A stretch of 29,531 nt of DNA. It comes from Candidatus Woesearchaeota archaeon. GTDB lineage: Archaea > Nanobdellota > Nanobdellia > Pacearchaeales > GW2011-AR1. Within the stretch, counting starts at the first letter, position 1. The number at the start of each line of letters is the position of its first letter. The position numbers were made by a program, and so were the translations under genes. Below are positions 24,319 through 29,531 of the stretch, piece after piece. Location of the stretch: positions 66,189 through 95,719 of the forward strand of contig CAZBPV010000001.1 in NCBI GenBank assembly GCA_964493885.1, given 5' to 3'. The notes under the pieces are model-generated. The model was not told the origin of the DNA. It ran no database searches and worked only from the letters and a program-made list of their open reading frames with translations.

Positions 24319-27300
24319 ATGGTTTTTAAGAGGTATATCAAAAGAGGTAACAAAGTTTACGGTCCTTATATTTATCATAATGTGAAACATAATGGAAAAG
24401 TTGTTTCTACTTATCTTGGCAGGCATAAACCTGAAGAAGAAAATAATTCTCTATCTATAAACAAAGGTAGTGTAATAAAAAAGGAGGGGAAGTTAACTAC
24501 AAATTTCCCTTATAAAAAACTTCTCCTCTTTTTATTTATTTCAGTTGTTGCAGTTGCTTTTTTGTTTTTATTAGTTAGATTTGATTTTGGTTTGACTGGT
24601 AGTGCAACTCTTTCAATTGATGATATTTATAGAGATGGAGATTTTCTTAAAGGAGATTTGCAGTTTATTTTACATCAGTCAGAACTAATGCCTGCAAATA
24701 CACAAGTGATAATAAATAGTGCTGGTTTTGAATATATTTATAATTTAAGTGATTTGATTTCTGAAACTCCTGTAGAAGGAGAGTATTATCTTAAAAACAC
24801 AGAAATTTCCGGAAGTGGATTAGGTTACTCTGCAGATGCAGAAAGATTTCCAATTGTTAATTTTGTTTTGGGAATTTTTGCTGCTGCAGAAGATGACAGC
24901 GGAAAAACTTATACTCTTCCTGTTGAACCAATAAATGAAACAGAAGAGGAAAATGAAACACTTCCTGCAGAAGAAAATCCAACTGAAGAAAGTTCTGAAA
25001 ACCAGACTCCAGAAGAGCCAGTTATTGAAAATGAAACTCCAACCCGAACAATAACAGGGCAATTTACTTCTTTAATTTCTGGATTTCTTGGAATCTTTCC
25101 AAGGCTTGTAGGACATGCTTCTTTAGAATTAGTTGATGAAATAGAAGGAAATGTTAGTGCAAATTCTTCTTTTGAATATCCTCTTTCAAGTGAAGAGACT
25201 GCACAGATTATTTCCTCTGAACATAATATTAGTTTAATAATTGAAAATAATCAAGCAATTGTCACAACTGAGTATATAGGAGATGAAATCAAAACACTTG
25301 AAATAAGTATAGATGACTTAAATATTTCTGCTGCAGATGGAGACTTAGTTATTAGTTTTGTTTATAACAATGCTGAGCTAATGACTGCAAGCAAAGAAAT
25401 AACTATTGTTAGTGAAACTAGCAATGAAACTAATGAAACTCTTTATACTCTTCCCTTTGAGCCACTGATACCTGAAGAAATTCCTATAGAACAACTAGAA
25501 AATGTTACTGGAAATGAATCTATAAAAGGAATTAATATTAATTTAGTTGATGGAGGGGGGAATAGAATAGGTAACTATACTATTATTAATAGGGAAGATT
25601 CAAAATTGGATGTTTTAATAAATAATGTTAAGATAAATGGGACAAGAGAGATATTTTCAAACACACCTTTAATTGATATTTCTATTTCTGGTGTTAAGAA
25701 TGTTAGTAAAAATGTTACTATGATGTTAAACGAGGTAAATGATTCTATTCTTAGAACAGCAGTTTTAGCATCTGAGCCTTTTGAAGTAGATAATGTTACT
25801 ATTACTCTAGCTAAGAAAGGAAATGTTAATGTGATTATGAAGTGTGAGAAATTTAGTGTTGAGAATCTAACTTGTACTAATTGGAGTAGAATAGATATAC
25901 CTTTTGTAGATAATGGGGAGAGTATAACTTTTACAGTTACAGAGTTTAGTGGTTATGCTGGTGGGGAGATAGGAATAATCAATGTTCAGTCATATCCTGT
26001 TGTGGGAGGTAATTGGACTGTTGAATTTAATACCACCGGAGTAGAGAACTTAACAATCACTGCTGTTGATGATACTACTTGGAGTAATGAGACAGAAGAT
26101 GAAGATTTGAAATTTTTAGAGATTAGATGTGGAAGTGAGACTCTAGAGTATGAATGGGTTAATAATTCAGTGTTTATTGAGGATTATAATTGTTCTGAGA
26201 ATGGTTATGAAATTAGCAAAGTTATTACTTATGGAAAACACCATTTAAGATTTGATTATGGAAATGATACTGCTTATGCACATAATAATGCTGGTTATGT
26301 TTGGCAGTCTGTTGAATATGGGACTCTTGGGGGTCCTAGTGCTTGGAATTTTATTATGGGGTATAAGTTTAAGCCAATTGAAAATGGACAAATATCTGAA
26401 CTATGTGGTTATTTTAATGGAACAAAGACTATAAAAATCTGGAATGCTACTAGGTCTGAATTAGCATCAGCATCTGTTACTTCTTTAGGAGGAAATCCAC
26501 TTGGTAGTTGGATGTGTACTCCAATAACTCCACTTAGTGTTATAGCAGGAACTGAGTATTATGTTGGTGTTTGCTTAGTTGGAAGTGGGGGTTATTATCG
26601 AGAACTTTCACCAACCTTGTTGCCTATCGCTTCTAATGGTGTTAATATTACTTACAGCTTTTATTATAGTACAACAGGGTGTACTTTTGCAGGTGATCCA
26701 ACTCCAGATACTAATTATATGTATGGCATGGCGGATATTTATTTTAATGCGACTGCAACTCCAATACAGTCTGCTACAATATATGCAGAGGATGTTACTT
26801 ATGGGACTTGTTATTTTAATCCCACCACCACCAAAGCTGATAATTATATTGCTGCTGATTTTGATACTTATAGGGGGGCTGCTAAATTTAATATTAGCTC
26901 TTTGCCAGCAGATGCCATTATAACAAAAGTAGAATTTTACGCTGCACCTTATTCCTGCTCAGCTAATCATGATTTAGATGTATTTGATCTTATAAATGAT
27001 CCAGTTACTACTACTGGAAGCGGTGTTCTTTGGAATGATGCTAGAGATGGTACACAGTATGTTGTTGATAGTTATGCTTTAAGAACTCCTGCAACAGGAG
27101 GAACTTGCGTTGCAGCAACTTATGGAGGAGTATATTTGGGAGTGGATGCAGCAGCAGATTTACAGAGTAGAATTTCTTCTCCTGGTTGGTTTGCACTTGG
27201 TTTTAGTGCTAATAGTACAGCATATGGTTATTGGTATGGACATACTACAGCTTATGAGCCATATATTAAGGTTGAATATACCCTTCCTCCCAATTTATGT

Positions 27301-29531
27301 GGAGAGACTATCACAGAAAGTACTGAGTTGGAGGGGGATATGAGTTGTACTGGAGATGGTTTAATTATAGGAGCGGATAATATTACAATAGACTGCGATG
27401 GGCACTGGATAAATAACAGTGCTGCTAATGAAGTTGGAATAAATATTTCTAGCAAAAGCAATATCACAATTAAAAATTGTAATATCAAAAAGTATGAAAA
27501 TGGTATATATGTTACAAATTCAACAAACATCAATATAACAAATACATCATTTACAGGACAAGAAGGAGTTGGCATAGTTTTTTACGCTAATTTTTCAACA
27601 ATTGATAATTATAGGATTGTTCTTCCTGCACCTGTAAGAGGAATTCTTGTTAATGGAATTAATAATACATTAAATAATATTTATGCTGATTCTGATACAG
27701 TTGGAAATAATTATCTTATCTCATTTGCAGCTAGCAACAGCACGATAAATAATTCAAGAATCACAAACTGCGTTTATGATGGTAATACAATAAATGTTGG
27801 TGGTACAGGAAATATAATAAATAATGTCACTGTGTTTAATACCTCAGCTCTAAGTTCAACTGAGATTGTATCTTCATCATCAAAAAATGGTAGTATAACA
27901 AACAATAATTTTTCATCAAATGGAAATTATGCTCTTCGTTTGAGTTCTGCGAATTATAGTGTTATCTCAAACAATATAATAAGTAATAATAAAAACTATG
28001 GAGTGTATATTTCAGGAAGCAATTATAGCAATTTTACACAAAACACAATAACTAATAACACTAATTATGGAATTTATATTGTGGGCAGTCCAAGTCCTGC
28101 TTCAAATAATAATTTATTTTATAATAATTTTTTCAATAATACAAATAATATTTTTGATGCAGCTTCAAATACCAACAATTGGAATACAACAAAAACATCT
28201 GGAACAAATATAATTAGTGGAAGTTATATTGGTGGAAATTATTGGAGTGATTATAATGGAAGTGATCCAAATTTTGATGGAATTGGAGATACTGAGATTC
28301 CATGGAAAGGAACATCTTCTATAACAAATGGCGGAGATTACTTGCCTTTGACTTATACTTGTGGAGTTACTATTACCCAAAACCTCACATTAACAGAAGA
28401 TATGAGTTGTACTGGGACTGCATTAATTATAGGAGCAGATAATATAACTCTGGATTGTGATGGACATTCTATAACCGGAACTAGCACAGGGAATGGAATT
28501 TCTAATAATGGATATGATAATATTACTATAAAAAACTGTAATATATCTAATTTTAGTACTGGGATAATCTTAACTAATGCGGTTTATAATAATACTATTT
28601 TTAATAATACTTTAAGAAATATGGGTAGCTATGGTGTTAGTCTCTATGTTGGAGGATCAGTTAATGTTTCAAATAATATTTCATCTAATTCTTTTAATAA
28701 TTCTGCTGCATCCATATACCTATCAATAGCATATGGAAATGTTATTAAAAATAATAATATTTCAAATACAGGAATCTATGATGGGATTACCCTTTCAGCT
28801 AGTAATTATAATAATGTAACTAATAATACAATACAAAATGTTCAAGGAGATAGGGGGATTTTTAATACTAATTCAAATTATACTTTGATTAGTGGAAATA
28901 CCTTAAGAAATTGCACAGGAGATTATGGAGGAATTGTATTTTATGGTTATAGTAATAAAGTTACAGTTAAGAATAACATACTAATAGATAATACCTATGG
29001 GTTATATAATTCTCTACAAGCTTCAAATAATTTGATTATCTATAATAATCTCTTTGATAATACCAATCAAGTTAGTGTTTCAGGTACTGGAAATGTTTGG
29101 AATACAACTTATAATTGCACATCTGGAACAAATATAATAGGAGAGCCTTGTATAGGTGGAAATTATTGGGAGGATTATGATGGAAGTGATGATGGAAGTG
29201 GAAGTTATCCTTATAATATTTCAATGGATGGAATTGGAGATACTAACATTCCTTATAATGTAAGTATAACAACTGGAGGAGATTATTTGCCATTATCTAA
29301 AATATGTGGAAGAAATATAACTGAAAATACTAATATAGATAAAAATATATTTTGTAACACAACTGCTCTTCTTATCAATGCAGATAATGTTATATTAGAT
29401 TGTGCAAATTTCTGGATAAATGGTTCAGACCCAGACCCTTCAGCGAATTTGGTATATGGTGTTTATGCTTACAACGCTACAAATATCACTATAAAGAATT
29501 GTAATGTTGCGAATTGGAGAAATTTTGGAAT
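24319..29531 (+). CDS. Giant membrane-anchored surface protein with tandem right-handed parallel beta-helix (NosD/PbH1-like) modules. It runs off the right edge (at least 1737 aa) and is missing from the supplied ORF track.
   Basis: The ATG at 24319 is immediately preceded by an in-frame TGA. I read all 1737 codons to 29531 and found no stop. Elements in order are: the basic N-terminus MVFKRYIKRGNKVYGPYIYHNVKHNGKVVSTYLG; a TM helix at 24520-24576; an acidic ETEEENETLPAEENPTEESSENQTPEEP linker; Ig-like segments; and a DUF4082-like segment (MGYKFKPIENGQISELCGYFNGTKTIKIWNA...GTEYYVGV). These are followed by at least 3 modules that each start CGxxITE..L..DMSCTG..LIIGADNIT.DCDGH and end GGNYW.DY.GSD...DGIGDT.IP......GGDYLPL. 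N-x-S/T sequons are extremely dense. Confidence 0.85.
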   Translation, partial: MVFKRYIKRGNKVYGPYIYHNVKHNGKVVSTYLGRHKPEEENNSLSINKGSVIKKEGKLTTNFPYKKLLLFLFISVVAVAFLFLLVRFDFGLTGSATLSIDDIYRDGDFLKGDLQFILHQSELMPANTQVIINSAGFEYIYNLSDLISETPVEGEYYLKNTEISGSGLGYSADAERFPIVNFVLGIFAAAEDDSGKTYTLPVEPINETEEENETLPAEENPTEESSENQTPEEPVIENETPTRTITGQFTSLISGFLGIFPRLVGHASLELVDEIEGNVSANSSFEYPLSSEETAQIISSEHNISLIIENNQAIVTTEYIGDEIKTLEISIDDLNISAADGDLVISFVYNNAELMTASKEITIVSETSNETNETLYTLPFEPLIPEEIPIEQLENVTGNESIKGININLVDGGGNRIGNYTIINREDSKLDVLINNVKINGTREIFSNTPLIDISISGVKNVSKNVTMMLNEVNDSILRTAVLASEPFEVDNVTITLAKKGNVNVIMKCEKFSVENLTCTNWSRIDIPFVDNGESITFTVTEFSGYAGGEIGIINVQSYPVVGGNWTVEFNTTGVENLTITAVDDTTWSNETEDEDLKFLEIRCGSETLEYEWVNNSVFIEDYNCSENGYEISKVITYGKHHLRFDYGNDTAYAHNNAGYVWQSVEYGTLGGPSAWNFIMGYKFKPIENGQISELCGYFNGTKTIKIWNATRSELASASVTSLGGNPLGSWMCTPITPLSVIAGTEYYVGVCLVGSGGYYRELSPTLLPIASNGVNITYSFYYSTTGCTFAGDPTPDTNYMYGMADIYFNATATPIQSATIYAEDVTYGTCYFNPTTTKADNYIAADFDTYRGAAKFNISSLPADAIITKVEFYAAPYSCSANHDLDVFDLINDPVTTTGSGVLWNDARDGTQYVVDSYALRTPATGGTCVAATYGGVYLGVDAAADLQSRISSPGWFALGFSANSTAYGYWYGHTTAYEPYIKVEYTLPPNLCGETITESTELEGDMSCTGDGLIIGADNITIDCDGHWINNSAANEVGINISSKSNITIKNCNIKKYENGIYVTNSTNINITNTSFTGQEGVGIVFYANFSTIDNYRIVLPAPVRGILVNGINNTLNNIYADSDTVGNNYLISFAASNSTINNSRITNCVYDGNTINVGGTGNIINNVTVFNTSALSSTEIVSSSSKNGSITNNNFSSNGNYALRLSSANYSVISNNIISNNKNYGVYISGSNYSNFTQNTITNNTNYGIYIVGSPSPASNNNLFYNNFFNNTNNIFDAASNTNNWNTTKTSGTNIISGSYIGGNYWSDYNGSDPNFDGIGDTEIPWKGTSSITNGGDYLPLTYTCGVTITQNLTLTEDMSCTGTALIIGADNITLDCDGHSITGTSTGNGISNNGYDNITIKNCNISNFSTGIILTNAVYNNTIFNNTLRNMGSYGVSLYVGGSVNVSNNISSNSFNNSAASIYLSIAYGNVIKNNNISNTGIYDGITLSASNYNNVTNNTIQNVQGDRGIFNTNSNYTLISGNTLRNCTGDYGGIVFYGYSNKVTVKNNILIDNTYGLYNSLQASNNLIIYNNLFDNTNQVSVSGTGNVWNTTYNCTSGTNIIGEPCIGGNYWEDYDGSDDGSGSYPYNISMDGIGDTNIPYNVSITTGGDYLPLSKICGRNITENTNIDKNIFCNTTALLINADNVILDCANFWINGSDPDPSANLVYGVYAYNATNITIKNCNVANWRNFG
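27298..29531 (+). repeat. Intragenic tandem modules of the giant protein (27298-28369, 28370-29304, 29305 to beyond 29531)
   Basis: The module starts share nucleotide-level identity, for example gatatgagttgtactgg and ttaattataggagc.gataatat. The module ends share ggtggaaattattgg...gatggaattggagatact. Confidence 0.8.

Noticed and set aside
23974-24426. ORFs 23974-24231 (+) and 24187-24426 (-)
   Set aside because: The first lies in the AT-rich spacer and has no promoter spacing or motif. The second is antisense across the verified start of the giant gene. Both have Phe/Lys/Asn-rich artefact-like translations.
24820-28380. Track ORFs 24820-25062, 26252-26434, 26579-26923, 27110-27343, 27252-27575 and 28165-28380
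   Set aside because: All are off-frame or antisense inside the 5.2-kb uninterrupted giant surface-protein frame.
1-29531. Search for a diversity-generating retroelement (TR/VR pair plus reverse transcriptase) that might target the surface proteins
   Set aside because: No reverse transcriptase motif (YxDD) ORF is present. I also found no ~100-bp repeat pair with adenine-specific mismatches at the visible 3' ends of surface genes. The 3' ends of the two largest genes lie outside the window, so this cannot be excluded for them.

Overview
AT-rich (about 30% GC by eye) archaeal window, most consistent with a DPANN-type genome. Evidence: a tRNA intron with a canonical bulge-helix-bulge motif, a tRNA-Ile with anticodon UAU, TATA boxes about 25 nt upstream of start codons, and Lhr-type, TrmB and SbcD-related phosphoesterase genes. 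All family calls rest on motif recognition by eye; no searches were run. Layout: (1) Both window edges carry very large surface-protein genes that are absent from the supplied ORF track because they run off the window: minus strand 1-2195 and plus strand 24319-29531. I checked both frames codon by codon and found no stops. (2) 2.2-9.4 kb is an informational block: a small P-loop ATPase, an Lhr helicase, a nucleotidyltransferase/HEPN pair, a DEAD-box helicase and a metallophosphoesterase. (3) 9.5-15.3 kb is an accessory patch anchored on tRNA-Glu(UUC) and an intron-containing tRNA-Ile(UAU). It holds an RCK-domain channel-like protein, two small genes sharing a 74-bp near-identical 3' end, a Fic protein bracketed by ~90-bp direct repeats, a RelE/AbrB toxin-antitoxin pair, several tRNA-3'-end-like fragments, and a VRR-NUC-like nuclease. 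(4) 15.4-18.6 kb is a three-gene minus-strand operon: two divergent LDH/MDH-fold paralogs (one with catalytic residues kept plus an N-terminal extension, one with them replaced) coupled to a TrmB regulator. (5) 19.9-23.6 kb is a three-gene surface operon in which two proteins share a ~165-aa C-terminal domain that looks like a bacterial outer-membrane beta-barrel, which is unexpected in an archaeon. No CRISPR array, rRNA, transposase or integrase gene was seen.
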